Below the pieces are notes generated by a model that worked only from the letters and a program-made list of their open reading frames with translations, was not told where the DNA came from and did not search any database. A program made the translations under genes and the position numbers. This document shows, piece by piece, positions 52,268 through 61,299 of a stretch of 64,000 nucleotides of DNA (its first letter is position 1; each line of letters starts with the position of its first letter). The DNA is from Gammaproteobacteria bacterium (GTDB lineage: Bacteria; Pseudomonadota; Gammaproteobacteria; Eutrophobiales; Eutrophobiaceae), in contig OZ245331.1 in the NCBI GenBank assembly GCA_965226155.1, positions 1,082,605 through 1,146,604 of the forward strand, in the 5' to 3' direction.

Positions 52268-53906
52268 CGACAGGCGTTCCTGTTCGATGATACGGGGGTT
52301 CCCCCGTTGACCACGCATCCATAATCGGAGGGAATGGCGGTGGCGTCTCGAACGTGTGATGTGGTGCCGGAGACGGCACTGTCCACTCCAAACCGTCCGC
52401 ACCCTCCCAAACCTGGGCGCTTGCCGGCTCCCCGCCGCGTATGGTCTTGATCACGATGTACAGGAACAAGACCTGTGTCAGGCCCAGCAGTCCGGCGCCG
52501 ACGCTGGAAACCATGTTGAAATCCGCAAATTGCAGGGAGTAATCTACAATCCGCCGGGGCATGCCGGCAAGCCCCGTAAAATGCATTGGGAAAAAGGTCA
52601 GGTTGATCGCGATCACCGCCGTCCAGAAGTGAATCTGGCCCAGCCGCTCATCGTACATGTGGCCAGTCCACTTGGGTAGCCAGTAATACACCCCCGCCAT
52701 GGTGCCGAAGATGGCGCCGGGATATAAAACGTAGTGGAAGTGTGCCACCACAAACATGGTGTCGTGATATTGAAAATCGGCCGGCACGAGGGCCAGCATA
52801 AGCCCGGAGAAACCGCCAATGGTAAATAATATGACGAAGCCGAGGGCAAACAACATGGGTGTTTCAAAGGTCATGGAGCCGCGCCACATGGTGGCCACCC
52901 AGTTGAACACCTTCACCCCGGTGGGGACGGCGATCAACATCGTCGCGTACATAAAGAACAATTCAGCCACCAGTGGCATGCCGGTGGTGAACATGTGATG
53001 CCCCCAGACAATAAAGGACAAAATTGCGATCGAAACAGTCGCGAACACCATGGAATGATAGCCGAACAGCTTCTTGCGGGCGAACGTGGGGATGATCTGT
53101 GAGGCGACGCCAAAACCCGGCAGGATTAAGATGTAGACCTCCGGGTGTCCAAAGAACCAGAAAATGTGCTGAAACATAACCGGATCGCCGCCGCCCGCCG
53201 CATTAAAAAAACTGGTGCCGAAATGACGGTCGGTGAGCATCATGGTGACCACCCCGGCCAACACCGGCATGACCATGATGAGCAGGAAGGCAGTGATTAA
53301 CCAGGTCCAGACGAATAGGGGCATTTTCATCAACGTCATGCTCGGCGTGCGCAGATTGAAGACGGTGATAATGATGTTGATGGCGCCCAGTACCGATGAA
53401 ACTCCCATCATGTGGACACCGAGAATAAAGAAATCGGTGCTCGGCGGCCCATAGGTGGTAGATAGGGGTGCGTAAAAAGTCCAGCCGAAATTAGGTGCGC
53501 CGCCTTCCATAAAGAGCGACGAGAGTAACAGGGTGAAGGCGAAGGGCAGGATCCAGAAACTGAAATTATTCAGCCGCGGCAACGCCATGTCGGGCGCGCC
53601 TATCATCAACGGGATCTGCCAATTGGCCAATCCAACGAAGCCGGGCATCACTACGCCGAATATCATGATCAGCCCGTGCATAGTCACCATCTGATTGTAG
53701 AAAAGCGGGTCTGTGAATTGGATTCCGGGTTGGAACAACTCCAAACGGATAACCATCGCCATTGCCCCGGCAATAAAAAACAGTGTCAGACTGAGACACA
53801 GATACAGAGTGCCGATCTCCTTGTGGTTGGTGGTCAGTAACCAGCGGGCGAGAAACGCCAGCAGCCGAGAGCGATGTGGAATTACGTCTTCTGCGTGTGT
53901 AACCAT
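52260..53906 (-). CDS. coxA: Cytochrome c oxidase subunit I (intact, high-GC copy)
   Basis: 548 aa, 12 TM; heme/CuB His ligands in conserved blocks (GHPEVYILILPGFG, HHMF, VAHFHYVL). Confidence 0.95.
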   Translation of the reverse strand: MVTHAEDVIPHRSRLLAFLARWLLTTNHKEIGTLYLCLSLTLFFIAGAMAMVIRLELFQPGIQFTDPLFYNQMVTMHGLIMIFGVVMPGFVGLANWQIPLMIGAPDMALPRLNNFSFWILPFAFTLLLSSLFMEGGAPNFGWTFYAPLSTTYGPPSTDFFILGVHMMGVSSVLGAINIIITVFNLRTPSMTLMKMPLFVWTWLITAFLLIMVMPVLAGVVTMMLTDRHFGTSFFNAAGGGDPVMFQHIFWFFGHPEVYILILPGFGVASQIIPTFARKKLFGYHSMVFATVSIAILSFIVWGHHMFTTGMPLVAELFFMYATMLIAVPTGVKVFNWVATMWRGSMTFETPMLFALGFVILFTIGGFSGLMLALVPADFQYHDTMFVVAHFHYVLYPGAIFGTMAGVYYWLPKWTGHMYDERLGQIHFWTAVIAINLTFFPMHFTGLAGMPRRIVDYSLQFADFNMVSSVGAGLLGLTQVLFLYIVIKTIRGGEPASAQVWEGADGLEWTVPSPAPHHTFETPPPFPPIMDAWSTGEPPYHRTGTPVDD

Positions 53907-53918
53907 TAGTAAGTCACC

Positions 53919-55106
53919 TTAACGGGCCGCGTAAATGGTTCTGGGTTGAACGACATCACCTATATTGTTACCCCAGGCATTGCGCTCATAGGTAATCACG
54001 GCGGCGATGTCGCGATCGGATAACTGTGGTGCCCAGGCTTGCATCTCGGTATCGGCCAAACCAAACATAACGCGATCGAGATGCGCCGCTAGGGGTCCTG
54101 TGGGGATCTCACCGCCGGCCAATGCTGGATACGTGATGCCCTGGCCCCTGCCATCTGCCTCATGACAGGTCGAGCAATGTTCCAAAAAGACCTGCTCGCC
54201 GATCACCATGAGCTCCGCCATATCCCATTCCTTTGCCCGGTCGGCCACCGCTTGTCCTGAGGCGAGCTCCTTGGCGATTCGTTGATCTTCGATCCACTGA
54301 TCGAATTCGGCCTCCGGTTTCACTTCCACGACGACTGGCATAAAGGAATGGTCTTTGCCGCAGAGTTCGGCACATTGACCCCGATACAGCCCCGGTTCTC
54401 CGACCCGTGTCCACGCCTCGTTGATATACCCTGGAATCGCATCCTGCTTTACAGCAAAGTCCGGCACCCACCAGGAGTGAATGACGTCGTTGGAGGTCAC
54501 AAGGAAACGAACCTTCTTATTAGTGGGCAGCACCAGGGGATTGTCCACCTCAAGCAAATAGTTCTCGCCCTTGGGTTCGAGGTTGTTGATCTGTGCCTCA
54601 GGCGTAGTTATGTTGCTGTAGTAACCGATGTCCGCTTCAATATATTGATAGTGCCATTTCCACTGAGAGGCGGTGATGAGGATGGTGAGATCCGCATCGC
54701 TGTTGTCTTCGATGTCTATTAGCGCCGTGGTCGCTGGTATGGCCATGCCGACCAGGATCAAGACTGGGATTACGGTCCATATGACTTCCGCTACGGTGCT
54801 CTCATGAAAGTCAGCGGGTTGTGGGTGCCTCGAGCGCCGATGGGCGAAGATGGAGTAGAACATGGCGCCGAAGACAATGACACCGACAACTACGCAGATC
54901 CACAGACTCAGTTGGTGCAGCCTCTGAATAGTCTGGCTCATTTCGGTGACACCTACACGTAAATTGTACACGGCGGCTAAGACGGTATGGGAGTAACCCC
55001 ACAAGAGACAGAGCATCAGACCGCGCTTGAGCTTGTTGGTGATAGGACTCACTTTTCTAGCCCAATTGTTATTTATTATCAGCATTAAATTAAGGCGACC
55101 TTTCAA
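53919..55106 (-). CDS. coxB: Cytochrome c oxidase subunit II with C-terminal cytochrome c domain (caa3-type)
   Basis: 395 aa; CuA motif CAELCGKDHSFM, C-terminal CSTCH heme c site. Confidence 0.92.
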   Translation of the reverse strand: MKGRLNLMLIINNNWARKVSPITNKLKRGLMLCLLWGYSHTVLAAVYNLRVGVTEMSQTIQRLHQLSLWICVVVGVIVFGAMFYSIFAHRRSRHPQPADFHESTVAEVIWTVIPVLILVGMAIPATTALIDIEDNSDADLTILITASQWKWHYQYIEADIGYYSNITTPEAQINNLEPKGENYLLEVDNPLVLPTNKKVRFLVTSNDVIHSWWVPDFAVKQDAIPGYINEAWTRVGEPGLYRGQCAELCGKDHSFMPVVVEVKPEAEFDQWIEDQRIAKELASGQAVADRAKEWDMAELMVIGEQVFLEHCSTCHEADGRGQGITYPALAGGEIPTGPLAAHLDRVMFGLADTEMQAWAPQLSDRDIAAVITYERNAWGNNIGDVVQPRTIYAAR

Positions 55107-55513
55107 CGTCTCAATTGGGCCGGTGTTCGTAGCTGATTTTCACCCTTCCAATCACGGTAGCGGATGGCGGTCACACGTTCGGCGGCGCCTTTCCAATCAC
55201 CTCGATGGGCCAGCAAAAACGTGTCCATGTCGATTTTCGCCTGCCACGGCCTGCCTTCCCAGTCGATAAACGCCAGGCTGGCATTGGCATGGCCGCTCCA
55301 TTGTCCTTCATTCTGAGGCCGTTGTTCAAAGGCATCATCACGAATCCAGGCAGTCCACTTTTCACCGTTCCAGGACACAAACTCCATTGAATTTTGTGCC
55401 CACGGTTGGTTAGCAGGCCCGGCTCCAGTGTCGATCGTTGCATCGAACGTCAGCTTAGCCGCCACAATAGTCGCTAGCACAGCCAGCGACAGACCCAAAA
55501 CAACTTTGATCAT
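55103..55513 (-). CDS. Secreted protein with two internal ~37-aa repeats, first gene of the cox-act operon
   Basis: 136 aa; signal peptide MIKVVLGLSLAVLATIVAA; repeats SMEFVSWNGEKWTAWIRDDAFEQRP / SLAFIDWEGRPWQAKIDMDTFLLAH; 4-nt overlap with the coxB start. Confidence 0.55.
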   Translation of the reverse strand: MIKVVLGLSLAVLATIVAAKLTFDATIDTGAGPANQPWAQNSMEFVSWNGEKWTAWIRDDAFEQRPQNEGQWSGHANASLAFIDWEGRPWQAKIDMDTFLLAHRGDWKGAAERVTAIRYRDWKGENQLRTPAQLRR

Positions 55514-55885
55514 TGAACCCCCAGATCACATTGGCATGCAAGGTGCCGAGCTTGGTATTGATGCATAGAGTTGCCGCAATCGACAGCATTCTTTTGTCGC
55601 CACGACCAGTAAAGTACTGTTGGGAAGCGCTCAGTTCTGCCAGAATTGCAGTCTCCACATCATTTTAAGCAGGGTAGGAAGGTAACTGCAGTTCGTATCC
55701 AAGTCAATAATTTCATTAAATTAGCGGATCTAGGTATTTAATCAAAACTTAACGTGAGATATTTCCCTTAAAAAATACGCCTAAATGTTGATATTATTCA
55801 ATAAGTTTTAAAACTGAATACTGCTTCGGAAACCAAACGGATTAATGTCAGTAATCTTACAAATTAAGTTTGGACAGGTAATATT

Positions 55886-56131
55886 CTAAGGTTGGGAAGT
55901 GTCGGCCGGTATCGGAAATAGCCCATGAGGTTTTATCAATCCGGTAGCATAACCAAGTAACAATAGCAGGAAAAGACTGATCGATAACACCACACGTGTG
56001 GTCAAAGAATAGATCGTCCGTTTTGATTTACCTTTGTCGTTTGCGAGGAAGAACAGTCCGCTTGCTAATGATGCTAGGATAAGCATAAAAATAAGAAAGA
56101 TTAATAATTTAAATAACATATTGGCAATCAT
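55886..56131 (-). CDS. Twin-transmembrane-helix small protein (DUF2909 family), copy 2 (native GC)
   Basis: 81 aa, two TM helices separated by NDKGKSKRT; upstream of SURF1. Confidence 0.6.
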   Translation of the reverse strand: MIANMLFKLLIFLIFMLILASLASGLFFLANDKGKSKRTIYSLTTRVVLSISLFLLLLLGYATGLIKPHGLFPIPADTSQP

Positions 56132-56203
56132 AGCCGATTTTTCTCCGAGAGCCGATTGTGACTATGAAACAGCGAACTATACATCGATGTCCAGACAAGT
56201 GAT

Positions 56204-56950
56204 ATGCAGATAGGCACATGGTTTTTTCGGCCAGGATGGATGCCTACCATTACTACCGTGGTCTTGTTTCCCCTATTGATTTTGTTAGGAAACTGGCAGT
56301 TGGATCGAGCGGATCAAAAAGTAGCTCTATATGAGTTATATCAAAATCGAGGGCTGTTAGATCAGGTTAACATTAATCAATCACCATTATTCCTGAACAA
56401 CCACAATGAATTGTTATGGCGAAAAGCTCGCGTGACTGGTCAGTATGTTGAAGACAAAATGTTTTTGTTGGACAACCAGGTCGTTAATGGTGTTGTGGGC
56501 TATTTTGTGTATTCTCCAATTAAACTAGAGCAAGGAACTAAAAGGCTGTTGGTAAACAGAGGGTGGGTCCCGGCAGGCTCTTATCGTAACGATGTACCGG
56601 TTATTGAGATTTCATCAGGCAATGTGACGATTAATGGTGTAATTAAAGATCCTCCCCTAACAGGTATAGTATTGTCGGATAATATTGTTGAGGATATGGG
56701 TAACAGAATTGTTCGGCTGCAGAATATTGATATTGATAACATAGGCAAGTTACTAGGAACACCTGTTTACCCTTTTGTCATGCGGTTAGAGCCATCTTCT
56801 GCGACGGGATTTGTCAGAAACTGGCCTCAGCCAGGTTCGGGCAGTGAGCGGCATCATGGCTATGCTTTTCAATGGTTTACCATGGCTGCGATATTGTTAA
56901 TCATTTTTATCGTATTAAACAGCAAACGACATAGAACTGATGAGCGATGA
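56204..56950 (+). CDS. SURF1-family cytochrome oxidase biogenesis protein
   Basis: 248 aa; two terminal TM segments flanking a periplasmic domain; conserved GYAFQWFTMAA near the C-terminus. Confidence 0.85.
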   Translation: MQIGTWFFRPGWMPTITTVVLFPLLILLGNWQLDRADQKVALYELYQNRGLLDQVNINQSPLFLNNHNELLWRKARVTGQYVEDKMFLLDNQVVNGVVGYFVYSPIKLEQGTKRLLVNRGWVPAGSYRNDVPVIEISSGNVTINGVIKDPPLTGIVLSDNIVEDMGNRIVRLQNIDIDNIGKLLGTPVYPFVMRLEPSSATGFVRNWPQPGSGSERHHGYAFQWFTMAAILLIIFIVLNSKRHRTDER

Positions 56951-56982
56951 TGACCCTATAAAAGACGGGAAAAAATAGACTA

Positions 56983-57558
56983 GTGTTAATAACATTGGTT
57001 GTCGTATGCCTATTGCCTTTGTCCAGTTCATGGTTGATGTACCGGTTTACCGACATTGGCAAGAGTGGCAGTGGTAGTCATGGAAGTCTGAATAATCCCC
57101 CAACGCCGCTAGCTGACGTAGTCTTGCTTGATCCTGTGGCCGGAGTTTCGAACCATAGGCTATATGGTAAATGGAGCCTGTTGTATTTGGTAAAAACGGA
57201 ATGCAATATTGAGTGTAAGAACAACCTAAATATTATGTACAGCCTTTGGATAGCGTTGGGTGCCGATACGCCACGTTTGCAGAGAATATTGGGCGTATTA
57301 GACATTGATGACCTAGGGCGGATACGAAATTATATACAAGATTATCAAGGTCAATTGGTGCTAATGATGGACAAGTCTGATCCAGCAAATATTTTCCGCC
57401 CCCTAGATACAGAAGAAGGTGATTTTCCTTTCACCGTAGGCGGGCTATATTTAATTGATCCTTTGGGCAACCTGATGATGTTTTATCCAAGCGAGACCGA
57501 CCCAAACGGTATTTTGAAGGATCTGATAAGACTACTGAAGTACTCGAGAATTGGATAA
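56983..57558 (+). CDS. Membrane-anchored thioredoxin-fold CxxxC protein (SCO-like, PA0112-like family), native copy
   Basis: 191 aa; KWSLLYLVKTECNIEC motif; paralog of 42470-43054; sits between SURF1 and ctaA as in Pseudomonas. Confidence 0.55.
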   Translation: MLITLVVVCLLPLSSSWLMYRFTDIGKSGSGSHGSLNNPPTPLADVVLLDPVAGVSNHRLYGKWSLLYLVKTECNIECKNNLNIMYSLWIALGADTPRLQRILGVLDIDDLGRIRNYIQDYQGQLVLMMDKSDPANIFRPLDTEEGDFPFTVGGLYLIDPLGNLMMFYPSETDPNGILKDLIRLLKYSRIG

Positions 57559-57580
57559 TAGCTGATTACAGAAAAAAATT

Positions 57581-58588
57581 ATGTTTGCAGATAGATTGTT
57601 TTTAAATCTGACAAAATTAACGATAGCTGTCGCTTTCGTTGTTATTGTTTTGGGTGCTTACACGCGTCTGTCGCATGCCGGATTGGGATGCCCAGACTGG
57701 CCTGGGTGTTATGGCAGGATGCTGTTGCTGGCCGATGAGACAGAAATTCTGAGCGACGCAGTGTTATATCCTGAACGCCCATATGAACAGGGAAAGGCAT
57801 GGAAAGAAATGATACACAGGTATGTTGCAGGGGCCTTAGGACTGTTAATCCTCGGGTTGGGATTTATGGCGTGGTCACGACGAAAGACCAATGGACAATC
57901 AGTTTTAATACCTGTCTCGTTGATTGGATTGGTCATATTCCAGGCGTTGTTGGGAATGTGGACAGTGACATTATTATTAAAGCCGATCATTGTAATGGGC
58001 CACTTGCTAGGCGGAATGACGATCCTGCTGTTATTGGTTTGGGTATTGTTACGTCATCAAGTTGCCATGAAAGGCGGAAATTATCCAGGTGAATCAGGCA
58101 GACTATATCCGTGGGCAATATTGGGCTTAATCATCGTCTACCTGCAGATTTCACTCGGTGGATGGACCAGTGCCAATTATGCGGCGTTGATTTGCCCGGA
58201 TCTCCCAAGCTGTCAAGGCCAATGGTGGCCAAATATGAACTTCAGGGAAGGATTTAAGCCTTGGCGGGGTTTGGGCGTCAATTATGAATTTGGCGTGCTT
58301 GATACACAAGCGCGTACCGCTGTCCATGTTAGCCATCGTATAGGGGCGGTATTGACACTGTTTATTGTAGGCGCAATTGCGATTAGCTGTTTTCAAGATT
58401 CAAACTTGAAAATAAAACGTACTGGAACAGTGTTGCTTCTCGTGTTGTTGACCCAATTCAGTTTGGGCATTGCAAATATCTTGTTCGTATTGCCAATAGC
58501 TGTTGCAGTAACTCATAATGCAGCAGCTTCTTTGCTGCTGACAATTATGGGTGCTTTATTATTTTATACCAAACATTCTATTCGATAG
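57581..58588 (+). CDS. ctaA: Heme A synthase (COX15/CtaA)
   Basis: 335 aa, 8 TM with conserved His pairs. Confidence 0.85.
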   Translation: MFADRLFLNLTKLTIAVAFVVIVLGAYTRLSHAGLGCPDWPGCYGRMLLLADETEILSDAVLYPERPYEQGKAWKEMIHRYVAGALGLLILGLGFMAWSRRKTNGQSVLIPVSLIGLVIFQALLGMWTVTLLLKPIIVMGHLLGGMTILLLLVWVLLRHQVAMKGGNYPGESGRLYPWAILGLIIVYLQISLGGWTSANYAALICPDLPSCQGQWWPNMNFREGFKPWRGLGVNYEFGVLDTQARTAVHVSHRIGAVLTLFIVGAIAISCFQDSNLKIKRTGTVLLLVLLTQFSLGIANILFVLPIAVAVTHNAAASLLLTIMGALLFYTKHSIR

Positions 58589-58613
58589 ATGGAGAGGGTT
58601 TAAAATTCGACAT

Positions 58614-59519
58614 ATGGAACTAATGTTGATAAACAAATGGCAGGATTATCTGGCTCTTTGTAAACCAAAGATTGTCGCTTTAATTGTTTTTACCGCTATT
58701 GTCGGCATGTTTCTCTCAACACCAGCATTAGTGCCGCTAGACGTGCTTGTATTTGCGACGCTCGGTATTGCCTTTGCAGCAGCATCTGCCGCCGTGATTA
58801 ACCATGTAGTTGATCAGAAAGTTGATGCGGTAATGATAAGGACTAAACGTAGACCGCTACCACAAGGCAACTTGTCTATGGATGCGGCAATACGGTTTGC
58901 GGTGTTATTAGGTGCAGTCTCAATGAGTATTTTGATGATTTATGTGAATACGTTAACCGCAGCATTAACATTGGGCTCATTGATCGGTTATGGCTTTATC
59001 TACTCGATGTATCTGAAAAGGGCAACGCCACAAAATATTGTCATAGGTGGGGCGTCGGGCGCAGCGCCTCCGGTATTAGGTTGGACTTCTGTAACAGGCT
59101 CATTGGACCCTAATTCATTATTGTTATTTTTAATTATTTTTGCTTGGACTCCGCCTCATTTTTGGGCGTTGGCAATCTGTCGACGTCACGAATACGAAAA
59201 AGCTGCGATACCCATGTTGCCGGTTACGCACGGCGTTGAATTTACTCGGTTACATATTCTGCTTTATACAATTGTGCTTTTTTTAGTTAGCATGTTGCCG
59301 TATGTTTTTTACATGAGCGGAGAGATGTATCTATTCGGGGCTATAGTGCTGGGAGGTGGGTTTCTATACCTGGCAATCAAGATGCAGAAAGATCATTCAG
59401 ACAGACTCGCTATGCAGACATTTTCATATTCAATAGTCTACTTGATGGCATTGTTCGCTTTTTTGTTGGCAGACCATTACATGCCTTATGTTATCCAGAG
59501 CATCCATTCAGTGAGATGA
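58614..59519 (+). CDS. ctaB: Protoheme IX farnesyltransferase (heme O synthase)
   Basis: UbiA-family prenyltransferase, 9 TM; start preferred at MELMLINKWQDYLALCKPK (58614) rather than the upstream 58551 ATG that overlaps ctaA. Confidence 0.85.
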   Translation: MELMLINKWQDYLALCKPKIVALIVFTAIVGMFLSTPALVPLDVLVFATLGIAFAAASAAVINHVVDQKVDAVMIRTKRRPLPQGNLSMDAAIRFAVLLGAVSMSILMIYVNTLTAALTLGSLIGYGFIYSMYLKRATPQNIVIGGASGAAPPVLGWTSVTGSLDPNSLLLFLIIFAWTPPHFWALAICRRHEYEKAAIPMLPVTHGVEFTRLHILLYTIVLFLVSMLPYVFYMSGEMYLFGAIVLGGGFLYLAIKMQKDHSDRLAMQTFSYSIVYLMALFAFLLADHYMPYVIQSIHSVR

Positions 59520-59526
59520 TTAGTCT

Positions 59527-59544
59527 GGTCTTTGCTAAAAGACC
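59527..59544. terminator. Hairpin GGTCTTT-gcta-AAAGACC between convergent ctaB and the 59579-60091 gene (possible bidirectional terminator, weak)
   Basis: 7-bp perfect stem seen in sequence; no flanking U-run. Confidence 0.25.
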
Positions 59545-59578
59545 CAGTGTGTAAGTGTTTCCTAACTGTGGTTTTAGG

Positions 59579-60091
59579 CTATGGAAAGGCTGGTATCTCG
59601 ATACCGTGATCTTCTGCGTCCGGGTAATGGTCTTTTATAATCTTCCGTACATCATTAGCCCGCTTTGTTGGAATGTCTAGAATCAACAGTATGTGTCCTT
59701 CCTGCATAGATTTTTGATATTCCTCTAAGTGGACATTGGGAGTGCTCGATCCGATTAATGGGCCGGATATCCATGCACCCACTACGGCGCCTATGACAAT
59801 AAATATGAATATGAGATATGGCTGAATCTGCATATCTATGAAATCGGGATTCATGTAGGCATATAACCCTGCAAGCGCTCCAGTCAGGCTGCCGGTAATG
59901 AGGCCAATAACAATTCCATGCAACAGATCAGTTTTTTGTGCGTGGGAAGCCACCGGCAGATCCTTCATATCTGTTCCACGTTTGCCAAGAAAGTGCATGC
60001 GTTTCTCTTCAATGCGGGCCAGCAGAAGTTCTTCTTCTACCTTGGTTGCCGTATCAACATCCGGGAGGATGAAATAAAGCCTTCTGGACAT
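59579..60091 (-). CDS. Hypothetical membrane protein with two glycine-zipper TM helices
   Basis: 170 aa; TM segments GIVIGLITGSLTGALAGLYAY and IFIFIVIGAVVGAWISGPLIG; the IS30 element begins 41 bp upstream of its start codon. Confidence 0.5.
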   Translation of the reverse strand: MSRRLYFILPDVDTATKVEEELLLARIEEKRMHFLGKRGTDMKDLPVASHAQKTDLLHGIVIGLITGSLTGALAGLYAYMNPDFIDMQIQPYLIFIFIVIGAVVGAWISGPLIGSSTPNVHLEEYQKSMQEGHILLILDIPTKRANDVRKIIKDHYPDAEDHGIEIPAFP

Positions 60092-60132
60092 AGCTCGCCT
60101 CCTAATTAATTAGGTAGTTGTTAATTTAATAA

Positions 60133-61200
60133 CGCGGATTCAACTTTGAAGTGCAACGTTGATGTTAAAAAAGACTTCCTGTGGTGTTTTTGAATTAAGT
60201 GTTTTTCTGGGACGGTGATTGAGTTTTTTCATGACCAAGTTTAACTGCTTTTGTGTAATCGTGCTGGAGTCCATTTTCTTTGGGAAGTACTATCGAATGA
60301 GACCATTGATATTTTCATTTAAACCCCGTTCCCAGGAGGCATAAGGATGTGCAAAATAGAACCCCGCGTTCAATTGTTGAGCAATAACCTCATGCTCAGC
60401 AAATTCTTTTCCATTATCCGAGGTGATCGTGTGAACCGACGCCTTCATATTAGACAACAATCGCACGATAGCTTGCCTGACGGCAGAGGCAGTTCGTCGT
60501 TTCACCTGTGCAATCAAGGTGTACATCGACTTGCGCTCGCTCAAGGTGACCAGCGCCTGTCGATGGCCTTTGCCGATGACGGTGTCCACTTCCCAGTCAC
60601 CGATGTGTGTCTTCCTGTTCACAATGGCGGGACGCTTATCAATGCTGCCCTGATTCACCAGAACCCCACGACGTTGATAACTACCATAACGCTTCTTTCG
60701 TTTCTTCTGGCAACGCAAGTACCGGTACAGCTCACCGCCGTCTGCCTTGTCCTGGTATATGTAGTGATATATCCATTCATGACTCAGAGCGATACCTTCT
60801 CGTTTATGCAACCAGTCACTGATTTGCTCAGGACTCCATTCGTCCCGCAGCCAGACCTCTACTCGCTCCCACAAGGTCGTGGGGAGTCGCTGTTGTTGGC
60901 TGGCTTCTCGACGCGCTTGCCGGAGCAACTGAGCTTGGCGGGGTCGATAGCCTCTCAAGCCACGGTTGCGTCTGAGTTCACGGCTAATAGTAGATTTATG
61001 CACGCCTATCAAGGCGGCTATCTCCGTTTGTGTATGTCCTGCTTTCATCAGGGCGTAAATCTGGTAACGTTGATGCTCGGTAAGCTGTGTGTAGTGTCTC
61101 ATCTGTGCCTCTCTTTCTTGCTGGAACGAAAGGTAAGGATGCTACCGCAACTTGCCGTTCGTGCCACCTAATTGAGTTGCACTTACAAATTGAATTCACG
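60133..61200 (-). mobile_element. IS30-family insertion sequence (~1.07 kb) with ~26-bp imperfect terminal inverted repeats and candidate 3-bp target duplication TAA
   Basis: Left end CGCGGATTCAACTTTGAAGTGCAACG (60133-60158) vs right end AGTTGCACTTACAAATTGAATTCACG (61175-61200), 20/26 complementary; TAA at 60130-60132 and 61201-61203. Confidence 0.75.
60140..61102 (-). pseudogene. IS30-family transposase interrupted by an in-frame TAG (amber) at 60290-60292
   Basis: N-terminal HTH MRHYTQLTEHQRYQIY...TQTEIA; DDE core (DWEVDTV, ITSDNGKEF). The reading frame continues in-frame past the TAG for 49 more codons (YFPKKMDSSTITQKQLNLVMKKLNHRPRKTLNSKTPQEVFFNINVALQS) to TGA at 60140-60142, inside the terminal IR. 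Confidence 0.8.
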
Positions 61201-61299
61201 TAACTAGCTTATTACTGACTACAGGATTAAGTCTAGAAGGTCTACTATATCTTGTCGAATGGTTTGTAAGCAACCACTGTCAATACAGAGTGTTGACTA

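Larger units (their letters stand above)
42300..55680 (-). other. ~13.4 kb high-GC block (about 55-58% vs ~43% flanking) carrying a single-strand cox-ACIII respiratory supercluster; candidate horizontally acquired island
   Basis: Abrupt composition change at both edges seen in sequence; all 14 genes co-oriented with overlaps or short gaps; paralogs of several of its genes exist in the native-GC flanks. Confidence 0.6.

Noticed and set aside
42400-55500. Many 60-150 aa ORFs on the strand opposite the high-GC act and cox genes (for example 43028-43498, 44542-44973, 45914-46171, 48668-49057, 52021-52290)
   Set aside because: High GC suppresses stop codons in all frames. These are fully contained within strongly supported genes on the other strand and show no recognisable motifs.
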